Source of the DNA: Bacteroidales bacterium
GTDB lineage: Bacteria; Bacteroidota; Bacteroidia; Bacteroidales; CAIWKO01
NCBI GenBank assembly: GCA_035389045.1
Contig: DAOORA010000021.1
Location: 1 to 62,857, forward strand
Length of the DNA stretch: 62,857 nucleotides
Reading direction: 5' to 3'
Shown: positions 23,010 through 33,441 of the stretch, in pieces
Numbering within the stretch: the stretch's first letter is position 1
Layout: the number at the start of each line of letters is the position of its first letter
The notes under the pieces: model-generated
The model's input: the letters and a program-made list of their open reading frames with translations, nothing else
What the model was told of the DNA's origin: nothing
Database searches by the model: none
Made by a program: the position numbers and the translations under genes

Positions 23010-23939
23010 TCAATAATAGATTTTAATTTTTTTGGCTGTTTTTACTGATGATGCAGTTGCGTAAATAGGAGCAAAGGGATCGCCTATCAGCCGGTACGAA
23101 CTGATCGCTGATTTGTTCATGGGAGCCGCATCAGTTATTAGTTCACCGATGGTATCTATGCCTTTTTTCAGGGAATTACAAATATTAAAAGCCCATCGTG
23201 TATTATCGGTAAAAAACGAAGCATTTACACTACCGAATGCTGATGCTGCTATTCCTTCTGTGACAAGGTTTTCGCTGAAGGAGAGGGCTACATTCCTTCT
23301 GTTGGCTGTATGACAGCACAACGACAGAAAACAGCCGGCAGGTTCATTGAAAAAATCATGAAAATGTTTCATCCGGATTCCGTAATATCCTGCCCAACCC
23401 ACCGGTCTGCCGTGTCCGAGGTAAATAACAGCGCCCATTCCGCAATTTATCCCGGACATCATATCTTCGGGAAACACCAGCTCCGAAGTCCAACGAAAAT
23501 ATGTGATATCTTTATGTAAATCTCTGAATTCGTTTTCCATTTTGTCTGCAACCTGCAAATATTGGCGGTTTCTTTGTGCAAGCAAACCTAATGCAATTTT
23601 AAATTTTTTCCTGTTTTGAACCAGGGCTGCGGTATTTATGAATTTATTAAGTGTATCAGTATTTTTGACTGGAAGCCATGAAACGGGGATTTTTTTTTCG
23701 TTGGTAAGCATAAATGGTTTGGATACTATATTACGTGGGGCAAAACGAAAATTTCCGGCAAGCATTACGGCATCGTAACCTGCTGCTAACGTTGTAATCT
23801 GGCCTTCTGCCGGCAGTTTTTTATCCCTGTATTCAAAAAAATCCGGCGTGATGTTTTGTGAACTCCAGGCATCAACCAATGGTGAAAAATGCTGCCTGAG
23901 GTTTTCAGGCAGCACGATGAGTAAGCGTTTACGCAACAT
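23010..23939 (-). CDS. C25 (gingipain-like, clan CD) cysteine peptidase domain protein, no signal peptide
   Basis: IYLGHG His, LSLCCHT Cys, FSENLV..G, TIGE, YRLIGDP. Confidence 0.7.
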   Translation of the reverse strand: MLRKRLLIVLPENLRQHFSPLVDAWSSQNITPDFFEYRDKKLPAEGQITTLAAGYDAVMLAGNFRFAPRNIVSKPFMLTNEKKIPVSWLPVKNTDTLNKFINTAALVQNRKKFKIALGLLAQRNRQYLQVADKMENEFRDLHKDITYFRWTSELVFPEDMMSGINCGMGAVIYLGHGRPVGWAGYYGIRMKHFHDFFNEPAGCFLSLCCHTANRRNVALSFSENLVTEGIAASAFGSVNASFFTDNTRWAFNICNSLKKGIDTIGELITDAAPMNKSAISSYRLIGDPFAPIYATASSVKTAKKIKIYY

Positions 23940-26900
23940 TTCTTACGGGCATACCGGCTTTGAATGAATCAATATAAGGTTCCCAGGCTGAGTAATCCAG
24001 GCTTTTTACATAACGCCTGTTGTAATAGTGCTTGGCTATCTGTCCCTGTTGTTCCGGATTGAATTCAGAAAGGTCTCCGCCGGCATTAATGAGTGCTGTT
24101 TGGCCACCTTCGCCGGTTTCTTTATCCGTGTATCCGTAATTATAGCCTGCTGCAAACCAGTCTGAAGTAAGCGCATGTGCAAGATAAACAGGGCCTACAT
24201 GCTGATTTTGCCAGACATGTGTCAGTTCATGTATCAGGGTGTCATTATCAAAATCTTCGTCGGTGTCGAAATTAATGAGATTAGCTGTGACAAAAGCTCG
24301 CGAATCCCTGTTGCCGGTCAGATTACTAAAGTTGCCGTCGGCAAGCTGTCCGAAGAAATCCTGAACTCCAAAGATGATATCGTTTGCGGCATCTGCTTTT
24401 GAGATAAAGACCTCATTGAGGCTGATACTGTTGGCAAATACCTTTCTGGCTTCTGTTTTCTCTGCTTCGGTGAGCGGGCGGTATCCGGCGAGCATCTGGA
24501 AGAGGATGCTGATAACGGTTCCTATTGCTCCTCCGGAAACTTCAAGCACGCCAGTAAGGATGTCTAATGCTGCTTTTCCGATTTTTACAAGGGCTTTTAC
24601 GGTTTCATCGAGGAATTGACTGGCGGTTTCAATGATTACTACCCGGAAGACGTCCTTCAAAGTCTTGCCGATGTCATCCATGGCATTAAGAAAGTTCTGA
24701 TAAGCTTCTTCCGGATGTTTGATGGTTTCTGTGATGAGGGTAGCCAGCGTAATACCTGCACTGAGGGCGCCTTTGATCACTTCACCAACAACTTCTACTG
24801 AACGGCTGGCCATCCAGGAAACTAATTCATAAACGGCATAACCGGCATCAAGGACGCCTTTCACCACTTTCTCAATGCCGGGGATAAAGTCTTTTTCAAG
24901 GTAGTTAAGCACATAGTCAACGGATTTGCCGATTTTTACTATAGCCTTACCAATTTTTTCCAGCGCTTTGCTGCCGGCAGCTTCTGCCCATTCGATCACT
25001 GATTTGATGGATTCTCCGATATCATCGAGTATGATCAGCATCTGGTTAAAGACGTTTTCTGCCTGTTTGGCTGCCCAGTTAAGGGTTTCTGTTACACTTT
25101 TCTTGACAAAACGAATAGCCAGTATGGCATCCCGCCATAATGCGGAGGTCAGTTGTTCACCTTTTTTGATCAGCCAGTCCAGAACATCTCCCACTGGGCC
25201 TAAAGCTTGCAGAAGACCGGTGACGATTTTGCGGAAAACATAGTATCCTGCTTTAGCTACCGATTCGAGAATGTTTGCGACACTGGCGCCTACTTCGAGG
25301 GCTGCATCAATAAGACGTGCAGCGGTTTTGTATGTAAATACTACCAATGTTTTTGTAAACTCTGCGACGGTTTTTCCAAGTTCAAAGGCCGCCTTGATGG
25401 TTTTTTTCAGCAGGTCAAAAGATATTTTAGCAATATCTTTCATAAGGCCTACCAAAGTTTTTCCGGCTTCAAACAACGCATTCACAAGTTTTTTAATACC
25501 GCTTACCGCGAGGGTTGCCATTGAAGTGATCATGCCAACCACTGTTTTGCCGGCATCTACCAGACCTTTAACTATCGCTTTTGCAACATGCACGGCAGAG
25601 GTAGCGACATAGGTCATGAAATCTTTCATCACAGTTCCTATCCTGGCTGTAGCCGCTGCCACTTTCCGGATCAGGGTTGCTCCTGCATTTTTAACCTGAT
25701 TGAAAAGATCTGCAACTTTGTATCCCAGTTCGCGAAAAGAACTGACGATGGTATCAAAAAGCGCAGAGGGATGTGTGAGCGCCGTGACAAGTATCTGGCT
25801 GACCGTCTTTCCAAGTTCGATCAATGCCTGAACTGTATTTTTTATGAGGGTGGCCCCGAACTGCAGCGCCTGCATAAGGATGTTGCCGATGGACTTACCA
25901 ATTTCGATCAGCGCCTGCACTGCCTTTTTGACGATGTCAATAGCCTTATTTACGAGGTATTGCAACAGTTCGGCAAAAACCCTTCCGAGATTGTCGATGG
26001 CCTGCAGCACATATTTTAATCCTTTCATGGCCATCTGGAAGGCATCATCAAGGATATCGTAGATTTTTTGTCCTATCGCAATGAGGCCATCGACCATTTT
26101 TTTGACAAAGTTATATCCGTATTCCACGGCAGCTACCAGAATATCTTTGATAGATTTCAGGGCATCCCAGAGCGAACGTGCCAGGCTGGCAATAGCATCG
26201 GCAGCCCAGTTTATCGCCTGAGATATAGCCTCTCCGATACTTTTTAAGGCCGATTTGATCTCATCTACGATGCTGACAATGGCATCGGAAATGGCATCGG
26301 CAACATCTTCAAAAAACTCGACTACAGCTTCATCCGTTCCTTTTACTTTTTTTGTTACCGCTTTTTTGTTTTTTTTGTCTAAGGAGCGGAGGTACGTTCC
26401 CGCATCACGAAGCCAGTAAAGCACATCTTTTATGCCAGCTTTGTTTTTATTTCCTTTCTCATCAATTACAAAGTCACGCATCAGAATATTGCCATGCTTA
26501 CGGGGAAGCTGGCTCATGGCATGTACCACCCCGATGCCCTGTCCGGCTGTCCGGTATCCTTTAATAACTGCAACTCTTTCTTTTTTCTTCATGGTAGCCA
26601 CTTGCTGGAAGAACTCCCTGTGATCTTCCTTCTTTTTGATGTTTCGTGCATACGTAGCAGCCAATTTTTCAGCATTCTTAGGACTTTTGGCATACACAGC
26701 CATATATGCCGGCGCCAACTCATTAGAGTGATATTTAGCAGTATTTAATTTTGTTGACAACTCTTTTTCATTTTTAAAATCGGCTGAGGTTATCTTCTTT
26801 AAAATCCGGTTGTTGGCGGCCTCCAGAGGCTGGACATAAAGGTATTCCTTTTGGGTGGCCACCTTCCTGGGTTTTAGCTTGACCATATATTTGGCGCTTC

Positions 26901-27231
26901 CGGCCGGAGCTTTTTGCGCCCTTACAGACCTGGAACCCGTTTTACTTTTTTTTACAGCAGCCCCTTTTTTTACAGGAGTTTTTAGTGATTTTGTAGTTTG
27001 GGTGACGGTTTTAACCTTATTAACAGCCGTTTTGTTTTTAACAGGATTTTTTTTCACGCTTGCAACAGTTTCTTTTTTGGCCATAGTTTTGGTTGAGGTT
27101 TTTGTTGCAGCTTTAGTTGCCGTTTTTGTTGCCGTTTTGCTACTTTTAACTTTGCGTTTGGCCACTACAGCATTTTTTTTCACCGGAGCTGATTTTTTAA
27201 CTTTGGGTGTTGAAGATGTTTCTTTTTTCAT
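23929..27231 (-). CDS. ~1100-aa protein: Lys-rich N-terminus, ~18 tandem 29-aa helical repeats, C-terminal DUF4157-like HExxH domain
   Basis: ATG 27231 follows the -7 element at 27298; RPLTEAEKTEARKVF, LIHELTHVWQ, FNPEQQG; Gly every 29 residues. Confidence 0.8.
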   Translation of the reverse strand: MKKETSSTPKVKKSAPVKKNAVVAKRKVKSSKTATKTATKAATKTSTKTMAKKETVASVKKNPVKNKTAVNKVKTVTQTTKSLKTPVKKGAAVKKSKTGSRSVRAQKAPAGSAKYMVKLKPRKVATQKEYLYVQPLEAANNRILKKITSADFKNEKELSTKLNTAKYHSNELAPAYMAVYAKSPKNAEKLAATYARNIKKKEDHREFFQQVATMKKKERVAVIKGYRTAGQGIGVVHAMSQLPRKHGNILMRDFVIDEKGNKNKAGIKDVLYWLRDAGTYLRSLDKKNKKAVTKKVKGTDEAVVEFFEDVADAISDAIVSIVDEIKSALKSIGEAISQAINWAADAIASLARSLWDALKSIKDILVAAVEYGYNFVKKMVDGLIAIGQKIYDILDDAFQMAMKGLKYVLQAIDNLGRVFAELLQYLVNKAIDIVKKAVQALIEIGKSIGNILMQALQFGATLIKNTVQALIELGKTVSQILVTALTHPSALFDTIVSSFRELGYKVADLFNQVKNAGATLIRKVAAATARIGTVMKDFMTYVATSAVHVAKAIVKGLVDAGKTVVGMITSMATLAVSGIKKLVNALFEAGKTLVGLMKDIAKISFDLLKKTIKAAFELGKTVAEFTKTLVVFTYKTAARLIDAALEVGASVANILESVAKAGYYVFRKIVTGLLQALGPVGDVLDWLIKKGEQLTSALWRDAILAIRFVKKSVTETLNWAAKQAENVFNQMLIILDDIGESIKSVIEWAEAAGSKALEKIGKAIVKIGKSVDYVLNYLEKDFIPGIEKVVKGVLDAGYAVYELVSWMASRSVEVVGEVIKGALSAGITLATLITETIKHPEEAYQNFLNAMDDIGKTLKDVFRVVIIETASQFLDETVKALVKIGKAALDILTGVLEVSGGAIGTVISILFQMLAGYRPLTEAEKTEARKVFANSISLNEVFISKADAANDIIFGVQDFFGQLADGNFSNLTGNRDSRAFVTANLINFDTDEDFDNDTLIHELTHVWQNQHVGPVYLAHALTSDWFAAGYNYGYTDKETGEGGQTALINAGGDLSEFNPEQQGQIAKHYYNRRYVKSLDYSAWEPYIDSFKAGMPVRNVA

Positions 27232-27297
27232 ACTAAAGTTATTATATAAATATTTATTTAATGATTTTAAAGTTTGTAAAAAAATGTAAATGAAAAG

Positions 27298-27305
27298 CAA
27301 ATATA
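27298..27305 (-). promoter_or_regulatory. -7 promoter element (TATATTTG) for the 5-gene operon
   Basis: TAnnTTTG on the minus strand ~65 bp upstream of ATG 27231. Confidence 0.6.
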
Positions 27306-27753
27306 AGTATTTATTGTAACGAGAATCATGATTTTACATATAGGAAACATATTTTTTTGCTTTTGGGTTGATAGTCAATTGTTAATTTGATTTTTTAATC
27401 AATAAGTGTTTGAACTGTTACAAAATGGTTGAATCGAAAAGTTCAGTCTTGGGGCCTGCCCGACTGCGTTATTCATGCAAGCTTGTGAAGCTGAAAAGCA
27501 AAGTGTACCGTATTAATAATTTATGAGGTGTTTACCAAAGCGGACATTATATAAAGGTGGCGCAACACGACAATGACAGGCGCAGAAGAAAATGACGATT
27601 TTCCGGAAACAACAAAGAATAATTATCAGGTTACTGGCTCGTCATGTCTTATAAGGCTTTTCATTGATTATTATTACTTGTGTATTAAACTAATTTATGT
27701 AAGTTTGTAAATTGAAAACATTAATTTAAAGTTGAAATAATTAAAAAAGCAAA

Positions 27754-28608
27754 ATGAAAAAAGTAGTATTTCTGATTACAGTTATTGTGTTTGTATTTAG
27801 TTCGTGTAAGCCAATTTACCAATGTGGGCAAGTTGAACCCAAAAAGAAACTCCTCGTATCAAAGCGGTTTAAGAAAGTGATTAACGAACGTGATCGTTTG
27901 TGCAAATCATTAGATGTTAAAAATGACGAGATTACAAAGTTAAACGCTGATTTACGTGATCTGGACAAGAAGTATAAGGATCTTACTAACGATAATTTGT
28001 CGCAAGCGGAACAATTCAGCGCTTCATTGAAACAAAAATCAGATGAGTTGATCGCCAAGGAAAAACTATTGCTGGAAAGAGAAAAAGCTCTGGCTGAACT
28101 AAAAAAGAAGCTGGCCCGTCAGGATTCAATTACCAAGCGATTAAATGATATATTAAGAAATGCATTATTGGGCTTTCAGTCGGATGAGCTCTCGGTTGAA
28201 ATAAAAAACGGTAAAGTCTATGTTTCCATGTCTGATAAATTATTATTTAAATCAGGCAGCGCCGCGATAGAAGAAAAGGGAAAAGGGGCTATAAAGGTTT
28301 TGGCAGAGGTCCTGGTTAAAAATCCGGATATTGACATATTGGTTGAAGGACATACGGATAGTATTCCGATTAAAACTTCTGTATATCGCGACAATTGGGA
28401 TTTGAGTGTTGCCCGTGCCACTTCTATCGTTCGCATTTTGACCGATGAATACAAAATTTCCCCGACGCGGCTTACTGCCTCGGGGAGGGGAGAATTTTCC
28501 CCCAGGGCAAACAATGCGACCCCGGAGGGCAGGGCAAGCAATCGCAGAACTGAAATAATCTTGTCACCCAAACTTGACGAGATAATGAATCTGATCAATA
28601 AGGAATAA
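27754..28608 (+). CDS. OmpA/MotB-family lipoprotein with coiled coil
   Basis: FSSC lipobox; LLFKSGSA, VEGHTD, NWDLSVARA, NRRTEIIL. Confidence 0.9.
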   Translation: MKKVVFLITVIVFVFSSCKPIYQCGQVEPKKKLLVSKRFKKVINERDRLCKSLDVKNDEITKLNADLRDLDKKYKDLTNDNLSQAEQFSASLKQKSDELIAKEKLLLEREKALAELKKKLARQDSITKRLNDILRNALLGFQSDELSVEIKNGKVYVSMSDKLLFKSGSAAIEEKGKGAIKVLAEVLVKNPDIDILVEGHTDSIPIKTSVYRDNWDLSVARATSIVRILTDEYKISPTRLTASGRGEFSPRANNATPEGRASNRRTEIILSPKLDEIMNLINKE

Positions 28609-28651
28609 CGCGGTAAGTTGGGTTAATGTAGTGATAGACGTTTACCCCGGC

Positions 28652-28691
28652 AAAAAAGCCCGAAAGAAGTAACGAACTTTCGGGCTTTTTT
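28652..28691. terminator. Bidirectional terminator
   Basis: AAAAAAGCCCGAAAG...CTTTCGGGCTTTTTT between convergent genes. Confidence 0.85.
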
Positions 28692-28803
28692 GTCCGCCAT
28701 GGCGGGTATTACCTGTTCAGCGTCTTATTTGGACATAGGATAAATAGTATGTAGAAGTATATATGTGTCCGGTTAAATCGGGGTATTAATATTAAAATTG
28801 ATG

Positions 28804-30570
28804 TCAGAGGGTTGTGATCTGGTGAACTGTTCTCCGTTCCCCGATCTGTTGCCGCCACATGGCATAATACAATCCTTTTTGTGCCAGGAGTTCGTCGTGG
28901 GCTCCGGTTTCGGTGATTTTCCCTTTTTCCAGTACATAGATGACATCGGCATGCATGATGGTCGAAAGGCGGTGTGCTATAAGTATGGTGATCAGTTCTT
29001 TGTTTTCAGAAAAGCTCCGGATCGTAGCGTTTACTTCTTCCTCGGTAAGGGAATCCAATGAAGAGGTGGCCTCATCAAAGATCAGCAGGCGGGGATGGCG
29101 CAGCAAGGCCCTGGCAATGGAAATCCTTTGTTTTTCGCCACCGGATAATTTCATACCGCCTTCGCCCAGCACGGTATTTATTCCGGCAGGAGACGACTTT
29201 AGCAATTTTTCACATGAAGCCTTCTTTAATGATTCCAGAATATCGTCATCGCTGGCGTCGGATTTTACGAACAACAGGTTGTCTTTTATGGTTCCTGAAA
29301 ACAGTTGTGTATCCTGTGACACAAATCCTATTTGCCGGCGCAGTTCATTGTAACGGATCAGAGAAGAAGAGTGTCCGTTGAAAGAGATATCCCCTTTTTG
29401 TGGTTTGTACAGGCCGAGCAGGAGTTTCACAAGGGTGGATTTTCCTGCGCCTGAAGGCCCGGCAAAGGCAATGGTCTGCCCTGTCTTTACCAGGAATGAA
29501 ATGCCGTCGATGGCGTTGAAATATGCAGTTTTATGACGAAAGACAACATCACGGAAACTGATGTCACACAGTTCTCCAAGATCTACAGGATTCTCCGGCC
29601 TGCGGTCGATGGGTTTTTGCATCAGATGATCAAAGCTATTGACGGAAGCTTCTACCTCGCGGTAACTGAGAATGATATTACCCATGTCCTGCAGGGGCAT
29701 GAAAATCGAGGTGGAAATGAATTGCATGGCGATCAATTCGCCGGTCGACAAGACTTTTCTGAAGATAAGCCAGAGCAAAATGAACAATATGGAATGTTTT
29801 AATATGCTGAGCAGGATGCCCTGGAGAAATGTCAGGGTACGAACCTTTTTTACCTTTTTCATTTCCAGCTGAAATATCTTCAGTGTCTGGTTTTTAAGAC
29901 GTTTGATCTCGGGAAAGGTAAGCCCCAGACTTTTCACCAGTTCAATATTTCGCAGGGATTCGGTAATCACTCCCGACATCATGTAGGTTTCGCGGTTGAT
30001 GGAGCGCTGTAGGATTTTGATCTTTTTGCTGAGCAGTCCGGTCAGCGTTCCAAGGAAAACGATGCCTATAAGAAAAACAGGAATTAGCAGCCAGTTTTTT
30101 GTCACCGAATACCAGATAAGAAATCCCATTCCCACTATAGACGAGAATAAAATATTGATGAATGAATTGGTGAACTGCTGGGTGTCGGTTTTTACTTTTT
30201 GCAGCAGCGACAGTGTTTCTCCGCTCCTTTGTTCCTCGAATTCCTGAAAAGACAAACGTAATGTCTGTTTTAATCCATCGTTGAAAATTTGCATACCGAA
30301 TTTCTGAACAGCCATCCGTGTAATATATTCCTGTATGGATTTGGCCGCCCTTGCCAGCAAGGCTATACCAACGGCCACGGCCAACCAGAATAGAACTCCT
30401 ATCACCATTTCATTTTCGCTGCGGGTGATGGAAGGTATAGCATAATCATCGATTATTTTTCCGAAGATCACCGGATCGAGAAGGTTCAACAGCTGACTGA
30501 TACCTGCCAGCACAAGCGAAAGAAGGATGATCCACCGCTGAGGTTTCAAATATTTCCAGAGAATTTTCAT
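28804..30570 (-). CDS. ABC transporter, fused permease/ATP-binding
   Basis: TM domain; GPSGAGKST, LSGGEKQR, LIFDEATSSLD, IAHRLSTI. Confidence 0.95.
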   Translation of the reverse strand: MKILWKYLKPQRWIILLSLVLAGISQLLNLLDPVIFGKIIDDYAIPSITRSENEMVIGVLFWLAVAVGIALLARAAKSIQEYITRMAVQKFGMQIFNDGLKQTLRLSFQEFEEQRSGETLSLLQKVKTDTQQFTNSFINILFSSIVGMGFLIWYSVTKNWLLIPVFLIGIVFLGTLTGLLSKKIKILQRSINRETYMMSGVITESLRNIELVKSLGLTFPEIKRLKNQTLKIFQLEMKKVKKVRTLTFLQGILLSILKHSILFILLWLIFRKVLSTGELIAMQFISTSIFMPLQDMGNIILSYREVEASVNSFDHLMQKPIDRRPENPVDLGELCDISFRDVVFRHKTAYFNAIDGISFLVKTGQTIAFAGPSGAGKSTLVKLLLGLYKPQKGDISFNGHSSSLIRYNELRRQIGFVSQDTQLFSGTIKDNLLFVKSDASDDDILESLKKASCEKLLKSSPAGINTVLGEGGMKLSGGEKQRISIARALLRHPRLLIFDEATSSLDSLTEEEVNATIRSFSENKELITILIAHRLSTIMHADVIYVLEKGKITETGAHDELLAQKGLYYAMWRQQIGERRTVHQITTL

Positions 30571-30746
30571 GTTGAATGAACGTACAAAGATTACGGTTTT
30601 TTATAATGTGTCTGTTTTTATTTCATATTCATGAATAGCATAAAGAGGTATTAACCACCCCTGCATGGAGGTATATGTACTCGGAAATACCAGCCGGATG
30701 GTCAGTTACACGAATCAGCCTGAAGAGAGGGATACTCAGATATGTA

Positions 30747-31235
30747 TTAAATCATAGCAAATATGATCATATAATTGGCTCCGTATTTTTTGGCACATTT
30801 CGGGCAGTAGGCGTAATGGATATAATAGTCTTTTGCCTTCTTATTCATGCCGGACAGGTATTCATTCATTTGTTTGATGAATCTGGGCACAGCATTGAAC
30901 GGGCCGTTATAAACTTTGGCGATAAAAGTTCCGGAAATACTCACATTATCAGCGCCGGGAACAGTACCTGTAACCGACAGGTATATTTCTGATTTAAAAG
31001 CGCCCGGGTCCCGGAATAATAATAAGACATCTTCTTTCTTTTCTTCAGCTATTTTCGAATCCTCAAGTAGCTTGCACAACTTAATGACCTTTTTCGCAAT
31101 AACTGAAGGAAAAGGAATGTGTAAAAATGTTGACATGGATTCTTTTATAAAGGGTTTGTTATCCCATTGAAAAGTTTTCTGGTCCCATTTTTCAGGATTG
31201 AATAGCGGGCAACATTCCGTATTGGTCGTATTCAT
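30747..31235 (-). CDS. Conserved hypothetical protein (GyrI-like/'hydrolase' type)
   Basis: CCP.FNPEKWD, KVYNGPF, YAYCPKCAKKYGANY. Confidence 0.6.
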   Translation of the reverse strand: MNTTNTECCPLFNPEKWDQKTFQWDNKPFIKESMSTFLHIPFPSVIAKKVIKLCKLLEDSKIAEEKKEDVLLLFRDPGAFKSEIYLSVTGTVPGADNVSISGTFIAKVYNGPFNAVPRFIKQMNEYLSGMNKKAKDYYIHYAYCPKCAKKYGANYMIIFAMI

Positions 31236-31414
31236 ATTTATTAGTTTTTGATTAATATTTACGGATTATCCTGTTATTGTATATCAGCATACCCTTCTGA
31301 TAACTTTTAAAGGGACATGTAATGTTAATCCACATGGTGTATCAAAAGTATTTATCTCTGATATGAATTTCCGTGTACACATAATTACTGACCGGCTAAA
31401 TATACCGGAAGAAA

Positions 31415-32194
31415 TCACTGCGTAGTGTCCGCTTTGGTGACATCTGTGTTTTTCTCTTTTATCGCTCTTTTTTCGCAATAGCTGCAGAGGTCATCAAGAT
31501 TTTTTTCCCTTGCCTGCACAACAGTTCCCTGAAATATTTCATCTGTTTTGGATGTATTGATATATGGGCAGTCCTAGTACAGGTGGTAGTGCTTGCCTGA
31601 TTTGGTCCAGTAGACAAAATCCTTACCCTGATTAAGTTCTTTTACCTGCTCGGTTTGTTGTGTGTATTGTTCCTGTGAGGGGGGATTGAAATCAATACCA
31701 AAGAATCCTGCAACCAACAGTGCAACAATACCCACGGCGCCTGCAATACCTTTTTGTTTTCCGCTCATATTTTTGTTAGTGAATATGAGGATGATCAGCG
31801 GCAGAAAAGCAATCATACTGATGATGGCGCCAAGCTGGTTCTGAACAAAAAATCTGAACTTGTCCTTTTCTGATGCAGGGTCGTAACGGTTAGCTTTTTT
31901 CCACATCAGCGAGCCGACAACAGCAAAGATCAGGTCGAGTACGATCAGGACGATGAGCCACACCATAACCGCATTGGTGATTGGGGGTTTTCTGAGCAGG
32001 ATGATCGCTACAATCTCCAGTCCAATAGCCACTATCCAGGAGATGATGGCTATTATACGAAGTTTCTTTGCTTTGGCTTTGCTTTCATCACTGGCCACAA
32101 AGGGCTTTGTTTCCTGAGGCGGATTTTGATTTACAGACTGGGTTACTTCATCCTCAACCCGTGTCAATTTCTTTTTTGTTCCTTTGTCGGACAT
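31415..32194 (-). pseudogene. Membrane protein with putative C-terminal Zn-binding domain, interrupted by an in-frame TAG at 31574-31576
   Basis: Frame continues YWTKSGKHYHLY*DCPYIN...LCSYCEKRA...Q to TGA at 31415. Confidence 0.7.
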
Positions 32195-32335
32195 ATTTTT
32201 TCCTCCTTATTAAATTTTATATGTTATTCTGCATGGAAATCTTTTTTCAAAGTTAATAATTATTTAAATATACAAATGAAATGAAAAAAAATTATGATGT
32301 TTTGGCAGCAGATCAGCACCGGCGATATTGAGTTT

Positions 32336-32671
32336 TTAATCCAATAAAGGAGTAAACAGGTTTTCTAACTGTGAAATCAAAGATTCTGAATCATCTTTTA
32401 TTATTCGCCAGTCGTCCTCGACGATAAGATATACACTGTTTTCGTATAGTATGCGAAAAATGGCTGAACCTCCCAATTCATTCATAGTGATATAACGCGT
32501 CAGGTAGTTTGAGATATGCAGCGGCTTGAAAACAGACTCAAAACGATATTTGATGACGTCAATATCTTCAATGGAGATCTTCTTTTCAGGATTTGAAAAC
32601 CGCACCGTCAGTTCATAAGTCTTGAGATTTTCTTTACCGAAATTTTTTCCGAGAGAGATGTTTTTTTCCAT
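32336..32671 (-). CDS. Hypothetical protein
   Basis: 111-aa ORF co-oriented with neighbours; no family recognised. Confidence 0.55.
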   Translation of the reverse strand: MEKNISLGKNFGKENLKTYELTVRFSNPEKKISIEDIDVIKYRFESVFKPLHISNYLTRYITMNELGGSAIFRILYENSVYLIVEDDWRIIKDDSESLISQLENLFTPLLD

Positions 32672-32724
32672 ATTGATTGATTTTATTTAATTGTTGAATT
32701 TTCTGTTTTTATATACATTTTACA

Positions 32725-33441
32725 TTAATATAATCGGACGAGGTAGTCGCCTGAACTTTCCCGGTGCATGATTTCGTTATTCCATCCTAAAGAAGAGCTG
32801 AGGTCTTTCATTGTTTCCGGGTCAATATGCAGCCAACTTACGGGGGCTCCGGTGAACCCTTTATATTCGAATTGCATTTGTATTTCGCCGGAATATCTGT
32901 TTATGTTTTTATTTCTTTCAAGGTAATCAAGGTTGGATTTTTCATTGGTACAGCGCACATCTAAACTGTCAAAGATAATACATCCGTCAGGTTTTAGTAA
33001 TTCCCGGGCATGGAGCAGGAAACGCCGAAATCCTTCAATAGTCCCGGTCATACCAATACCATGAAGCAACAATAGAATCGTATCGAACCCGCCCTCCTGA
33101 AAGTCGAAGATGTTTCCACAGGCAACATTTTTTATTCCACGCATTTTCATTATTGCTGTTGCTTCGTGAGAAATGTCGACAGAAAACGTATCAAAGCCTT
33201 TTTGCATAAGATACAAGGTGTGCCGCCCCGTGCCGGCTCCGGCATCAAGGACTCTGCCTTTGCACAAACCGAGGGCTTTTTGCTCTATCTCAGAAAATTC
33301 ATTCTGGTCTTTATAAAAAATGTTGACAGGCAGCACGGTCTCTAAGCCATCATCACGGCGGCAAATGATCGCAGCATCAGTACACCCCTGATAATAATCA
33401 AGCAGGGCCATTCCGAAAGGGGTCATAGGATCGTTAGGCAT
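32725..33441 (-). CDS. Class I SAM-dependent methyltransferase
   Basis: GRVLDAGAGTGRH, FDTILLL..GIG, WLHID. Confidence 0.9.
   Translation of the reverse strand: MPNDPMTPFGMALLDYYQGCTDAAIICRRDDGLETVLPVNIFYKDQNEFSEIEQKALGLCKGRVLDAGAGTGRHTLYLMQKGFDTFSVDISHEATAIMKMRGIKNVACGNIFDFQEGGFDTILLLLHGIGMTGTIEGFRRFLLHARELLKPDGCIIFDSLDVRCTNEKSNLDYLERNKNINRYSGEIQMQFEYKGFTGAPVSWLHIDPETMKDLSSSLGWNNEIMHRESSGDYLVRLY

Noticed and set aside
23929..27231. Phage tape-measure protein or prophage
   Set aside because: No phage structural genes nearby; neighbours are KS/ACP/peptidase.
27754..28608. Flagellar stator MotB
   Set aside because: Lipoprotein signal, no motA partner and no flagellar genes; generic OmpA-like protein.
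31574..31576. Pyrrolysine or genetic-code reassignment of TAG
   Set aside because: Other genes end normally in TAG (4686, 37280) and no pyl genes are seen.
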